Assembly: GCF_018977255.1 (NCBI RefSeq)
Contig: NW_024704742.1
Coordinates: 65,226,001-65,286,000 of the forward strand
Direction: 5' to 3'
DNA: 60,000 nucleotides
Origin: Callorhinchus milii
Taxonomy: Eukaryota
The notes beneath the pieces were generated by a model. The model was not told the DNA's origin, did not search any database, and worked only from the letters and a program-made list of their open reading frames with translations. Positions 13,667-27,800 of this stretch are shown in pieces; within the stretch, counting starts at the first letter, position 1; each line of letters opens with the position of its first letter. The translations under genes were made by a program, and so were the position numbers.

Positions 13667-15079
13667 TAAATGAGCATATTACATAACTAAGCCATCAAAT
13701 GGTGTGTCATTTCCTCTTGGAACAGTCTTTAATTGATACTCATTTCCCAAAGCGGCTTGGGAGGCGTATTCAATGTTGCGTGCTATGTGGTCACCTCACT
13801 GAAAGCTCAGCTTTAACTTTCCTTGTAATTAATGCACAATGGGATTAAATTCACAGCAGAAAATGTGGTTCTGTATATCTGTTCACAGCTGACCTAGCAA
13901 CTTCCTACAAAGCCTATTTCAACAGTTCCATTCAACCAACAATGGACCTTGTCAGACTTGCTTGAGTTAGGTTAACACGATCAACCATAATAAACACTGG
14001 ACCATTGTGTCTTGGTCCAACACAGAAGCACAGACATTGCACGCATTTATTAGAATATTTCAGCTACGCAGTGTGTGCATAATTCATGATTCAGTTGATA
14101 ATCAAATACAAAAAGAAGAAAGTGATGGAAATACAGAGCAGGTCGACAAGTATCTGAGAATGTCAGTCTGGGCACCAGGTTTCATCAGGATTTGTGGATG
14201 ACAGTGAAGCGGCTACTGCATTTTTGCCAAAAAAAAAGTCAATTCATTTTACAGTATATTCTGTGAAGCGCTTACAGATGTCTCAACAAAGTGATAAGAC
14301 GCTATATGAAATGCAAGGATTATCATTATTATTGACATTTTTGGTTTGATTGTATGGTACATTTTAGTGTGTGTGTTGCTGTGTGTCATCTATTCAGTGC
14401 TGAGTTTCAACCAAAATATTAATCTTCCAGATATGATCAACTTGTTGCGTTTCCATCATTTTGAGTTTTCTAGCAGTGCTTTCAATCTGTACATGTTTGC
14501 ACTTCTACCTACATACACAATTAAAGCACAAAAGTACACTCAATTCATTGAAACTATCCTCGTGCCAGCACTTCTAATCTAATGGTTCATTGCTTTATAT
14601 GTTAGATAATGTCTCAAAATGCTTCACAGGATTTTACTGCAAAATGTAGTGACTGTGTATCGGACCTGGCTTCAATTCCCTGGCAGGGTGAAACATGGCA
14701 AGTTTCTTTACTCCACACACCTCTGTTTACCTAGCAGGAGCCCAGTTGTTAGTTGATTGGCAGATTGCTTTTCCAGGGGTAACAATCTCTTAAAAAAACA
14801 ATAATAATAATAATATGGTCACTCAATCCACAACTGTTTGTGGGACACTGCTATGCACAATTGGCTGCTGTGTTTCACCCACAAAATATACAGTCAATTC
14901 ACTTTACAGTATATTCTGTGAAGTGCTTTGAGACGTCTCACAGATGTGATAAGGTGCTATATATATCAAATGTAAGGATTATTATTATTATCTTGTCGAC
15001 GAATGCGGCAGCCAATTTGCACAACAGCAATATATCATGAACAGCCATGAAGTGAATCCAATTTTATCCAGCTCCAGCA

Positions 15080-17300
15080 TGGGGCAAGACAAGGAGAGAT
15101 TTAAAGTTAGGACGAGGATCTTGAACTCGATCAACTGAGGGATGCGGAGCTTGCGGAGCCGGGCAAGGTTTGATGTGCGGGAAAGCACACAAGCTGCAGA
15201 GTTCTGGTTAGTCTCCATCTTGTGAAGGAAAGAGGCGGGTAGTCTGGAGAACAGATAGTTGGCATAACCTGACCTGGATGTAATGACTGATTGGATTAAG
15301 TTCTCAGTGACCTGAGGGTAAAGGTGATATTGGTGAAGGTTGACGGAGGTGGGGAAGGGTGAGGGGGTTAGAGCACAGATGTGAGGTTTAAAGGACAGAT
15401 TCGAACTAAACATCAAAGTTCCACACAGGCTCCATGAGGTGAAGTGTGATTCCAAATAGTTTGATGCTGAGGTGAGGAGGGGTTGACAGGTGCCAAAAAG
15501 GAAAGCTTCTGTCTTGTTGATGTTTGACTGAAGAAAGGTGGAGCTTATCTAGGACTTGAGGTTGGTCAAAACATCAGTGGTCCAAGAATCAAGTGTGAGG
15601 CAGAGAGATAGAGTTGGATGTCATTGCATACATGTGAAAGTTAACTCCATGATGTTGTTGACATCACCGGGCTGGAGCATGTAGATACAGTGGAAACCGG
15701 TTCAGCCAGACACATCAGGACGGCCATTTTATCCGGCTTAAGAGGCGTCCAAGGTTAACTGAAATACCATTCTCGCCCAGCAGAGTAGCCCCGTCGACAT
15801 GTTATAATAATATGTAATAATGTTGTTTCATTTGAAGCAATATTACCTGACCAAACAGGACACTGAGTATTTTAACCTGGGAGTTACAAAGTTAAAATAA
15901 CCTCACAGGATTCAGTAAAACATATTAAGCTTGGTGTTGCTGGAAAATACCTTCCCACCCAGCAGCAGCACAGCCTCACTCCCATTGCCATTCCCATTAG
16001 ATGGGAAGGGGACCAATTAGTGGTTGTGCTGAGGTGATTGAGAGCCTTGGATCCACTTGTGAAGGTTGGGCTCCAGCCATTCACAAGCGACTCAGCTGTC
16101 GATCCCTCCCTTGTTTATTCTCTGTTGCTCCCCCCCACCCCTCACTGATTGACAGCCCAACTCCAGCCGCTTGTGAATGGCTGGAATCTGCTGTCAATCA
16201 ATCTTAGACTCTGCCCATCTCCATCCTTGAGCCGCTCGTGGCTGAATGGAATCGCTCGAGACACAGAAGGCCCAAGTGAGTACTTTCAGTGGTGACCAGT
16301 GCGGCAATCTGTCTGGATTAACCAGATTTTTGTCCTAATCAACCGGCAAATTTAAAACAGGTAAGAATACCATGAATTGAGGCCGGGCGATTTGTTCAAA
16401 TGATTGACAGGTGTAGAGCTGTTTGTTAACCAGGGTCCAGCTAAAGCGGATTCCACTGTTTTAAAAAGGAGCCCTGAGGAATACCACACGTGATAATGCA
16501 GGAAAGGAGAAGCCAATCAATGAAAGAGCCCTGCTCACAGGTAGAGAGAATATCGTAAGCGACTTTCACCAGGGCAATCTCTGTGGGTAGGGTTGGAGGA
16601 GTTTCTGCAATGAGTGCCGAGAAAGAGCGAAGCTGGGAAGCAATGACTCATTCCACTAGTTTCAAAAGGAAAGGCAGGTTGGAGATGGTTAGTTACTCAG
16701 GGAACAAGGATGGGTCGAGGGAAGGTTTTTTAAGAAGGGGGTTGATGACAGCTGTTTTGAAAGGGGTGTGATTCTGCCGGTGGACAAAGAGAGGTTTATG
16801 ATGTTTACTAACAGGTGGGAAAGGAGGTGGAACAGGCAGGGTAGGGTGGGGAGAGGCGTGGAGGGATGTGAAAGCAAGGATGCAGATATTGAATTTGAAC
16901 TGCTGGTGGATGGAGTACCAGTAGAGCTGAGCAAGATGGGGTGATGGGATCATGGATTTGGTGTGGGAGAGGACATAAACTGCAGAATTCTGATGTTGTG
17001 GAGAAAGAAGGGTGAGGTGGATGGCCAGGAGTGGTGTGGGGATGGGATCAAGGAAGTGGGTGGTGGGTTTCATGTGAGAGATGAAGGAGGAAAGAGATAG
17101 GGGAAACGGGTTTGACGGTGTGAAAAGAGGGGTGACCACAAGCTGGGAGGAAGGATGATGGGAAGGAGTGTGGTGGAGACAGAGGCAGCTGAGTGGATCT
17201 GCTCAATTTTAGGTCTGAGGAGCTCCATCACCATTTGCAGCTGGAGGTGAGGATGGAGGGAAAATAGGAGCAAGGGTGGAGGTGGTGATTGGTGGTGCAG
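15080..17300 (-). mobile_element. Degenerate L2 LINE interrupted by a MITE
   Basis: QNSAACVL, FKTAVINPLLKKPSLDP, DPIPT remnants. Confidence 0.8.
15688..16458. mobile_element. Non-autonomous Tc1/mariner (pogo/Tigger-like) DNA transposon
   Basis: TIRs CAGTGGAAACCGGTTCAGCCAGAC / CAGTGGAATCCGCTTTAGCTGGAC; TA on the left flank; splits an L2 RT region. Confidence 0.75.
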
Positions 17301-17605
17301 AACAGGAGCCTTGGGTTACTACCTAATCTGGTAATATTAATTAACAAACTTTCAAATGGTTCCCCTATGACTATTTCCAAATGATAATAAACATAGAAAA
17401 CAACAGAGGCCACAACATAGATCACTGCTAGAGCATGTTTTCAGCAGTCCATTGATGGGAGAGAAGGGAAAAGTATTGAGAACGTGGCATTTCTGTTCCT
17501 TTCGCAATACTGGTTATGACACTCTCACTAATTCCATTTCAGTAAAGAGAACGTACACTTAACAAATAATGAAAGAAAAATCCTGTTATTGTTTTTCTAA
17601 TTTAC

Positions 17606-17718
17606 CTTATCAGTGGTTCAATCAACTGTATTTTTACATATTCTGGTTCATATACTTTACACCACTCAGCCGTTATCCATGTTTTGAGGTTCAGGGGATC
17701 AAAGAAGAACCTGAGGAA
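17606..17718 (-). CDS. CFAP99: CFAP99 coding exon 4 (FLRFFFDPLNLKTWITAEWCKVYEPEYVKIQLIEPLI)
   Basis: 113 nt after a 98-nt intron, TAG/GTAAA, phase 0->2; resembles human FLRFFFNPLNLCSWIKDEW. Confidence 0.95.
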
Positions 17719-17816
17719 CTATGGAAACATCATTCTTATAAAAATGAGTTATCAATAACGTTTTTAAGAAAATACTTCCAATTGTGCACGTAGACATGAA
17801 TAAATGTCAGGCTTAC

Positions 17817-17911
17817 TTTGTACATTTTGTTTGGCTCTTGAGAGTTAACAAACTTGCTGAAGTGATTTAGGCCAAGTTCTTCAATTCGAAAGGTGGCAAG
17901 ATAGCAGAGCA
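17817..17911 (-). CDS. CFAP99: CFAP99 coding exon 3 (VLCYLATFRIEELGLNHFSKFVNSQEPNKMYK)
   Basis: 95 nt, TAG/GTAAG, phase 1->0; resembles human ICYLATFQLEELGFQLF. Confidence 0.95.
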
Positions 17912-19468
17912 CTAAATCAAACAGATCAGAGCATGCACAATGTTATAAGAAACTGCACCTCCACCACACACAGACGGACACACACACAAAACAGTCACAT
18001 AATTATCATAAGGAATGCATTGTGAAACTCTGGCAATTTCACTCCACTATGTTTGAACATTAAGGTAAAGGTGGGAGGATATTTCATTGTTAGAGATGAT
18101 TATTCCTGAACGTAAGAATATGTATAATTTATTTTTGCAAAAGGAGCAAATTGGACCCAAATTTCTTTATGGTGGTATCATGCTCACTCGAAGGAACTCC
18201 CTCTAATACTACCTAATTTTTGAATGGAGAATCCACGAGTCAGTAGTTGGGGGGAAAGAGTCTTCACTTAGATTTTTTAACTAAAGAATCCTGTTTAGAC
18301 TCTTCTGCATTCTTACTTGAAGAAAGGTGTTGGAACTGTGATTATAGCAATAAACTAAGGGTCTATATAATAATCCTTATAATACTTGCATTTGACATAG
18401 AACCTTATCATGCCATTAACACATCTCAAAGGGCTTCACAGAAAAAATTCAAGTCAGATTCATATCAGATCACCAAAGTTTCTTCTCCATTCTCTGAAAG
18501 CCAAATTCCGGAGACTGTTTATCTACACTAACAAATTGGGGGACATTTTACCTTGATTGCTAAAAATAGCAGCTTATTCATTGCTAGGAAAGGTAGTAAA
18601 GGGCAATGATCATTCACTAATTTCAATAGGTAGACAGACACCAAAATGCGCTAACTTTCCAATAGTTAAAGCATGTTGTGTGTATTTTTAATTGAGATTT
18701 GACTTCACTCTTTTGTGAACAATAGTTGATTATAAGATATAAAGAGAAAACACTTTTTTGAAGTATTTAATTTTGAGCTTTTCGGTTTAACTTATCTATT
18801 GCGGAAGATATGGGAGCGGCGATCGAGTAGATTGTGTAGTGTGCTGTTAGCATTGTAAGATTTGTTTACAGAAGGATAACAGTGTAAGAGTAACATTGCA
18901 AGAGTTGTGCAAGATTGCGCTGTAGAAGTACAAGGAGATATTGTATGCAGAACTTGGATGTATCCAAACTGGTAGTCAGAAGTTAGCAAACTTACCAACA
19001 AACAGGATAAATAAAGACTAGATAGTGGAGCAAAGGAGGATTCCAGGAACTTGAAATTCTACCTTGTCTTAGCTTACAAAACCATCCCGTCTTAAAATTA
19101 AACATTGAAAAAGTCTTCAATTCAGACTTAATTTGAAAGCTATTTTTTTTTCATTTGAAAAATTTTTTGAAATATTTTTACTTAATTAGAAATGTTTTGA
19201 CATTTTGGTTGTCTGATCAGCACTTAATGCATACAAATACACGGTCACAATTCTTTACAGTATATCCAGTGAAGCACTTTGAGACGTCCTCCTGACATGA
19301 AAGGTGCTATATCAAATATAGGTTATTATTTATCTTTAGATATGGAAGGCTGCTGTAACATGTTAAGTTGGGTTTAACAAAGACTGTATGATTTCAATTC
19401 TGAAACTGAATTTATTTTTTGTGATTATCATATTAACAAATATGTTACCTTATATAAATATCCCTTAC

Positions 19469-19613
19469 CTGCAAAAAGGTTACGTTCAGAAAACATGTAT
19501 ATCCTTCCATCTAGCTTGAAAAATGTACCAACTACTATATCCAGTAGTGGTCTGTAATTAATACAACCTGTCAGAACTTCCACTAAGAATACCTTTTCAG
19601 CTTCATCTCGAGT
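19469..19613 (-). CDS. CFAP99: CFAP99 coding exon 2 (TRDEAEKVFLVEVLTGCINYRPLLDIVVGTFFKLDGRIYMFSERNLFA)
   Basis: 145 nt, CAG acceptor / GTAAG donor, phase 0->1; resembles recalled human [24 protein letters not shown]. Confidence 0.93.
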
Positions 19614-21834
19614 CTGCAGGAAGAGTAGAATTGATTTGTAAACAATCGGAGAAGAAAATATTGCAACCGAAAATTATAAATATTTCAGTCTGGCTCAGTT
19701 GGTAGCACTCTCGCCTCTGAGGCAAAAGGTTGTTGGTTCAAGCCCCATGTCATGACATAGAACTCATATAGTCTAAGCTGACACTTCAATAGAGTCCTGG
19801 GGATGTGCTGCATGGTTGGAGACGCTGTTGTTTAAATTGGACGTTAAACTGAGGCCCTATCTGCCTCTTCAGGATTGCATTCCACTATTTGAAAAGAGAA
19901 GGAAGTTTCTCCCAGTGTCTGGGCAAGACACTAAATGGCACGTGTGCACAATAACAAATTAAAAACTTCACACAGAGGCCAGTGAGATTGTGAACTCACT
20001 CCTGAAGTGGTGGTTTAATCAGATAAAGCAGATGCATTCAAGAGGAAGCTAGACCTTTACACAAGGGAGAGGGGAATAGAAGGGTATGGGAGGGAGTAAG
20101 GAATGGGTGGGGGGGGGGGGGGGTGAGGAAGGACAAGAGCTCAGGCCCAAGAGGCAGTGCAGATGAGAACAATGAGGATGATCCACAATGTTAGATGAAT
20201 GAGCTATGAGAAACAATTGAACAAGCTAGGGTTCTTCTGTCATGAAAGAAGACATCTCAAAGGAGACCTTATAATGGAATATTAAATTATAAATTAACTT
20301 CACGTAAACACCGAACAATACTTTCAGATGCATCAAGACAGTGGAACAAGAGAACACAGTATTAGAATTCCAAGGACAGATTTCAGGACAGGCCCCAGGA
20401 AATATAACATACAACAAAACTTAATGTTGATTGGAAACTTTCAGTGAATAATCAATAATCACATTTCAATTCTGTTCCTTCTCTAGTTCTGGCAACAGCT
20501 GCCAGAATACATTTGTTGTTCAAATATGCATTATCTTACATCTATCCAAATAATGCAGATCAACATTTGATTCATGCGTAAATTATGGTACAGCCATAAT
20601 TTCACTGCTTCAATTATGGTACAGCTTTTAACTCTAACCTATCCTCAACGACAATACCAAATTAGAGGCATTACGGAGGAGAGCAATTAAGTTTATCCCT
20701 ATTGTTACAAACAACGTGTTAATAATAATCCTTGCATTTGATATAGCGCTTTTCATGGCTTCTAGACGTCTCAAAGCGCTTCACAGAATGTACTGTAAAG
20801 TGAATTGACTGTAAATTTGTGGATGAAATGCGTCAGCCAAATTGTGCACAGTAGTGTCCCACAAACAGTGTCCCATAAACTATTGCTGTTTAGCCTTAAA
20901 AATGGGCATCTCTGAGGGGTTCTTACACAGTTATATAAAATGCAAATTGATGGATGCTGGATTTTGCTGACTGTATTTTCTTGTGGATAATTGGTTAATG
21001 TCTGAAATTACTGTAGTTGCAGTTATTTTTACGAAGGTTAACCTGCTTCTCTCTTTTGAGTACTCATCACCTGAGTCTTAAAAATCTCTGGTTTCGTGTT
21101 TTCTACATACATACTTCATTCCTTTTTGTGGCTGCTCTGACCCAACCCATATCCTTTACCTACAGCTATCTCGGCTTATGGGGTAAGGAAACTTGCTTAA
21201 GGTATCAAACCCAGTTACTCTCGGTTGCGAGGTGAATGCTCTAACCAATATGCTACAGGACTCCAATGATCCAGATCCAATGTGATTTAGGACAATGCAG
21301 ACAAAAACATGAAGGTAGAGGATTCTTTTTACCTGAAACCCCTCCTCATTTCCGTGATCTAACACACTGTCACAGTTGTGCTGTCATTGTTGCCTCTCTT
21401 TTGATTGTGCCCTTAATTTCCCAGATTAATTAATGAAAAAGCAGTACATGAGTATCATATTAAATAGCAAAATAAATTCAGAACCAGCTTAAACAACCTC
21501 TAAGATCAATGGCGTAAACTGTTTATATTGTTATCTGAATCTGTTGATTCTGTTCCTGTCCAGTAACTCCCTCCTAGTTATTGCTTATACCATATGTTGC
21601 ACATTTTAATGCAGCATTTGTGGCTATTGACATTATCTGATTGAAGTGACAAATGATCTTTTATTGAGTTACTGATGCATCAAAAAAGGTTCAAAGGGAA
21701 ATAAACATTGAAATTACTCAGTACACCATGATTCTCCAATTAGAATTCCTCACAATCATTTGCATGCATAGAGGAAAAACGATTGAATTGAAATCTAGAC
21801 AAGTTCAACTTATAAATATTTTATTCCCAAAGTC

Positions 21835-22280
21835 TCCACTTCGCAACCACATGACTCCCACCCTCGCTCGCCTCCACTGGCTCCTCATCCCCCAGAGGAT
21901 TGAATTCAAGATCCTCATCTACAAGGCCATTCACGGCCTCGCTCCCTCCTACCTCTCCGACCTACTATCCCCCTACCTACCTGCCCGTACCCTCCGTTCC
22001 TCCGGCTCCGGTCTGCTCCACATCCCCCGCCCCAACCGCCCTACCATCGGTGGCCGGGCCTTCAGCCTCTCAGCCCCGAGGCTCTGGAACTCCATCCCCC
22101 AGTGCCTTCGCCGCCTCCTCCCTTTCCTCCTTCAAGGCCGGTCTCAAGACCTTTCTCTTCAATCGTGCCTTCAGCTCCCCTCTCGACTCTCTAACCCCTC
22201 CTCGCTCCCTCCCTTCCCTCCCCTCACCCTGACCATTTCCCCCCTGCTCGGGTCCTGACCCAACTGTTCAGCGCCTTTAA
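21835..22280 (+). mobile_element. L2 LINE 3' fragment (young)
   Basis: LARLHWL..RIEFKIL..HGLAPSYL..GGRAFSLSAPRLWNS. Confidence 0.9.
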
Positions 22281-23102
22281 GATGTTAAACCAAGATCCCA
22301 TATGCCTGTTCAGGTGGACTTTAAAGATCACCCGGTGTTCTGACAAACAATCCCCAGGATAAAATTGGTTAATCACTTTATGGCTGTTTGTTGCTGTATA
22401 CAAATTAGCTACCACATTTGTCTGCATGTAGTCACTACATTTTACAGTGAAGCGCCTTGAGATGTGATAGAGCATTGTATAAAATGCAAGGATTATTATT
22501 ACTTAATGCAGATGGCAATTTTGTGTGTGACAGTGGGTGTTTTAAGAGAATAAAGTAAACTGTATGACTTTGGACAAAATCTGCGTCTGGAAATGAGATT
22601 TTAAAAATCCTTGCATGTTTTTGATACAGCTCCTTTCTTGTTGGTAGGACATCCCAAAGAGCTTGACAGGATTTATTGTAAAATGTAGTGACTATGCATT
22701 TTGTGTAGGCAACCGTATACGTAAAAGATTCAGTGCTTCACCCTTACCCACTGGGTCAATGGCTTACACACTCTTTATTTTTTGAAAATACCCATGTGAA
22801 AAAACAACTTACAATTCTGTAATTCCTTATCATATTGACTCATCTCAAAGCATTTCACAACTCATGAAGATCAAGTGACTGTTTTTGCAAGGAAAAAAAC
22901 AACCATTTGTGCCAGCAAGCTCCCATAAACAGCTGTGAGGTGAATGACCAATTAATGTTGTCCATGACACTGGGAGAAACTTCCTTCTCTTTTGAAACTG
23001 ATTCATGGGATCTTTAACATCCACCTGTGAAGGCACACGGGACCTTTGTTTATGTAAAAATGCACCTATATCAGAATACTGTACTAGAATGTTAATCTAG
23101 AC

Positions 23103-23278
23103 CAGTGGTGGCCAACCATACACATTTTACTTTATTCAATTTATCCTCATTTATGGCCGTGCCATGGGTATCGTGGCTCGGTAGCTATTGAAAACGAGGT
23201 AATGATTTGTTGTGGACTAGTGCGGGTGTTCAGCAGGCCAGTTCTTGAGCACTGCATGCCAATTTTAGGCCACTTTTG
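23103..23278. mobile_element. Related hAT-type MITE, right end degenerate
   Basis: Starts CAGTGGTGGCCAACC after ATCTAGAC. Confidence 0.5.
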
Positions 23279-23349
23279 GGACTGGACTATAAAATTAGGT
23301 ATTATGTGCTTCAACCCACAGACTTTAAATTAGAGGCAATTGTGGTACC

Positions 23350-23597
23350 TCCGCTCCACTCTCGGCGGCTGTGCCTTCAGGCACTATGCCCCGAGGCTCT
23401 GGAACTGCCTTCTTCATTCGTCTCGCTCCCTCCCTTCCCATTTTCAGGTCTCTGCTGAAGACCTTTCTTTCCGACCGCAGCTTTGGTCACCTTCCTCCCC
23501 CTCCACCTGGCTCGGCCCCGGGATCTGTTACTGTAAAGCGCTCTGAGACGCCGTCCGGCATGGAGGGCGCTATATAAATCAAAGTTGTTGTTGTTGT
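23350..23597 (+). mobile_element. L2 3' end (second tail subfamily; same tail at ~35030-35092)
   Basis: APRLWN remnant; AAGCGCTCTGAGACGCCGTCC...GGGCGCTATATAAAT(GTT)n. Confidence 0.8.
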
Positions 23598-23682
23598 ACC
23601 AACTGAGCCAAACTGAAATGTAGCAACCTGGTAAACATTAGTTCAAAGTGAATATTTTAATTTCTAACCATTATCCTCTTAC

Positions 23683-23796
23683 CTTTTGCTTCTCCAAAAT
23701 CGTATCCATTAAGAAGTGATCAGTACTGTAATTGTCAGGATTAAAATTGTCCAGGATATGAATAACCTCTGACAGAAGCTTCGAGTACATTGACAT
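23683..23796 (-). CDS. CFAP99: CFAP99 first coding exon (MSMYSKLLSEVIHILDNFNPDNYSTDHFLMDTILEKQK); exon begins at 23807 after TAG acceptor
   Basis: Manual translation; AG acceptor and AG|GTAAG donor; phase 0 joins next exon; resembles CFAP99 N-terminus; head-to-head with ZFYVE28 as in human. Confidence 0.9.
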
Positions 23797-24399
23797 TTTG
23801 AAAGGACCTATGGGCATAAAGGGAAAATGTGTGTGAAAGGTTATTCAGCTAATTCGACTTGCTTTATAGCACTTTATCATTGTCACTCTGTCACCTTTGC
23901 TCCCTCCCGCTCACCTCACCTCATTCAAGGTCTGTATGAAGAGGTACCTCTGTGACCACACTCTTCCCCCTCAGTTCAGGTTCCCCCAGCTCAGATTCCC
24001 AGTCAGCAGTGATATGCGCTTTGAAATGTCCTACTGATGTGAAAAGTGCTATATAAATTGTATTGATCATGCAGAAAAGCATTTGAAACTACATTAATTA
24101 TTGTCAACTGTTGACTGTTTTTGTGGGCAAAAGCAGCACTGATAGCATTATTGCTATGTTTGCTGAACACACTAAAATTGTTGCCAAGGTGGGTTCCAGA
24201 GAGAAGTATTACCAGTCATCACATTCTTCATAGTCCCTTCTCTTGAGCGTACTCCAACTGAATGAGAGGGTCTGCAATAGCAAAGGGAGCAACATCACAG
24301 CTGCTGTTGCTGCCTATTCATCCCTCACCATGGACACCACGGTTGCAAGGAATACCACACAGTCACACTGCACAGTATTATGCAATGAAGCTGGCACAG

Positions 24400-24810
24400 G
24401 TTAACTCAACCATCGGTGTAGGCGATATTGCGGAGGTGAGTGAAGGCTGAACTAGTGAGAGCCCATATGTTAGGATACAATAGTTAGAAATTAAACAATA
24501 CACCACGTTTCTGCACCTGCTCTGTGAAGTGGAGTGAGCACCTGAGTGTGCAGGTTGATGCACCTGAGGTGAGAAGGCTTATTGACAATGAGCTGCAGAA
24601 TGTTTGAACTAATCCAATACTTGATGCCTGACAGAGAATTAGTTACGTCTGCAGGGGTCCTGGAATTGAGGGTAGAGGGCATGGAGATAGAGTTGGATGT
24701 CATTTGTGTATGTGCAGAAGTGGATGCCTGCGGATGATGTCACCAAGGATCGCATTTAGAAGGTGAAGAGGAGAGGAACCAGGTCAGAGCCCTGAGGAAT
24801 GCTGCATGTG
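24400..24810 (-). mobile_element. Old L2 RT fragment
   Basis: Same degenerate sequence class as 340-700, in reverse. Confidence 0.6.
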
Positions 24811-27800
24811 AGCAGGAGAAGGCATTGGAGGGAGACAAAGTGAAGAAGCTGAGATAGGCAAAGTGAAACGCATCTAATACATGAAAAAACATTGATGGTA
24901 TCCATAAACCTGGAGTGGAGTCTCGTAGCGTAATAGTTAGCGTGTTCACTTCAAATGCAAGATGAGCTGTGTTTAATTCCGATAGCGCAAAATCTTAGGC
25001 AAGTTTCCTTACTCCACACACTGCTGTTTATTCAACAGTAAGTAGGAACCTGGTTGTCAGTCAACTAGCAGATCACTTTCCGGGGGTAATAATCCCTTGG
25101 AAAAAAAATTGGTTGCTCAATTCATGACTGTAGGACACTGCTATATGCAATTGGCTGGTGTGTTTCGCTCACAAAATATAGTAGTCAAAACTACTTTACA
25201 ATAAATTCTGTGAAGCGCTTTGAGATGTCTCAATGATGTGATACAGCGCTATATCAAATCCAAGGATTATTATTATATAACATCCTGTGCTTTATTCTTC
25301 TGTTTTGTGACTTCATAATGCCATCTAAATCCTTGATTTAAAAAAAGTGACAGCCTTATTGCTCTTTCCCAACTGTTCATAATTCAATGTCTTTATCAAA
25401 TATTCCTTCTTGAGTTTGGAACCAACACAAAATTTCTATCCTGGTCACATGCTCAATTAAAGGATTATCTCTTTGAATTTGACTTTTGGCTGTGTTGGAA
25501 GTGGGATCTTAATTATGAGTTACTAATAGAGACATAAGGAGGTTCAGGGAGGGAAAACTGAGAGGAAATCTCAACAACCAATGTATTTTATAGCTGTCAG
25601 TCATTTTTATTAACTTGTCACTTACTTACTGCAATAGAAAAATCAATATGAAAAATAATAATTTTGCATTTGTGCCCAGACATTTCTTTTGACTATGTTC
25701 TGTTTGCTTCACTTCTACTATCTGTGCACTCGACAAGACAGCACTGCATAATATTGTACGTAAAAATGAACAGATGCTTTGAGTTTTAAGATTAACGTCA
25801 TTCCAGCTTTCTTGATATTTTCTGTGAACGAACAAGCAAGCTGAAAATCAGCTGTTCACTCCAGTCTGCCAAGGCTGGCACTAGACTCTGAAAGCAATCA
25901 ACCTGGAGAGATCAAGGTCTTGTTCCACTATATATTGGAACATTAATGACTTAACCGGGGTTGGAGTCATGAGTCTATTAGAATAATCAATATTTATCTC
26001 CACTAAATAAAAAGGGTGGGACTGAATTGATCCAATGATACTGCAGTGAGCTGAAATGTATCAAAATGGAGTGAAGTTGCAGTTAGTCAGGCAATTACTG
26101 TAATGTGACAGATCATTCATATCAGCTTCCACAAGACTCAGAATTCTCAGTACAACTACAATTCTTAAAATAATATTTTAACCATGTATTATGCAAGTAA
26201 TGATTACATGAACATTAGTAACCAGAGGTCCTAAATTTCATCTAGTCTCAGCCTGTAAGACATTTTGGACTAAAAATTTAAGACTGTAAAAATTCAGGTT
26301 CCTACTTACTGCTGAGTAAACAGAGACACGTGGAATAAGGAAACATGTCTGAGGTTTCACCCCGCCCAGGAATCAAAACTGGGTCCTCTCGCTTGCGAGG
26401 CGAATGCACTAACTACGGAGCTTTAAGACAAAATGGTCTTACAGGCTAAGACTTGGTGAAGCTTTGGACCTCAGTGATATATGAGTTCACACCTGTCACC
26501 ACAGTTTTCCAAAAACTAAATGTGAAGTGTAAAATGAATGCATCTTTAAACAAAATGGAGTGTGCAGTGCTGCACTGAATGTTGGATCTGAAGGACAGTG
26601 TAAGGCACACAAAAGGAAATGATGTTACTTAAAATAAGAAATCCCATTGAAGTGCACTAAGTGCTCTGCAGAGCAATACCCGAGTATTGAGATGTGGTTT
26701 GTATTTGTGATTTCTCACATAAGTGACTGATCCCATCTGTTCCAGATGGGAACACTGAGCAGAGATACTAAAGTTCCCTACAGGGAAATTCATTCATGGG
26801 CCACTTGAACGAAGTACTTCTCACCGCCCTGCCCGCATTATTTACACTTTTGTGGAGTCCTGTAGCTTAGTGGTTAGAGCATGTTGGGAAAGTTTTCTTA
26901 CTCCACACGCCTTTGTTCACCTATCAGTAAGTCGGAACCCAGTTGTTAGTCGATTGGCTGATCGCTTTTTGTGACAATAATCCCTTAAAAAAATAATGTT
27001 GTCACTCACTTCACGACTGTTTGTGGGATGCTGCTGTGTGCAATTGGCTGCCGAGTTTCGCCAACAAAATATATAGTCAATTCACTTTACAGTATATTCT
27101 GTGAAATGCTTTGAGATGTCTCAAAGATTTGATAAGCGCTATATCAAATACAAGGATTATTATTATTTTCATGATTTTACTGGAGTGGACTGTCACAACA
27201 GGATCCGTGCTACACAAAATGTTTGCCCCTATGTTCCTTCTAACCACTTAAAGCATAAAATGGACAACTGACAATAATAATCCTTGCATTTGATATAGCG
27301 CCTTATTTCATCTTCAAGATGTCTCAAAATACTTCACAGAATACAATACTGTGAAGTGTGCACAGGTAAACATTTGCAATCTGTGGAGCAACTCAGTTGC
27401 GTAATACTTACCCTTTAAAGGAGTTTGGCAGTCTCCATTCAATTACTTTTCGGCTTGAATCCAAATACAATTATTTGCTGCTGATTGAGAGCATCACTGA
27501 GCCACAAGGAAGACCAGTATAGCATATTAAATTGTCACACTGGTGCAGTTGAAGATTCTCTTGTAAGCCTAGAGTTGAGGCATGTCATTGTGATAGTATG
27601 GAGGGAACTTCATCTTGACACTTGAACTGCTTTACCTGACCTTGAAGCGCTTGATGTTGTCAATTGGTACAAAATTTATGGAAAAATGCTTTATTCTTAA
27701 ACAAAGAAATGGCCAAAGCGAATGGGAGAGGCAACTTCAGAAACAGGCCTTATGATAGACTGCAGCTTGTCTTGTTACATTAAAGACGAAAATATAAAGT

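Noticed and set aside
25626..25835. 69-aa ORF with hydrophobic end as an N-terminal CFAP99 coding exon
   Set aside because: TTG start, wrong phase for the next exon, no recognisable similarity
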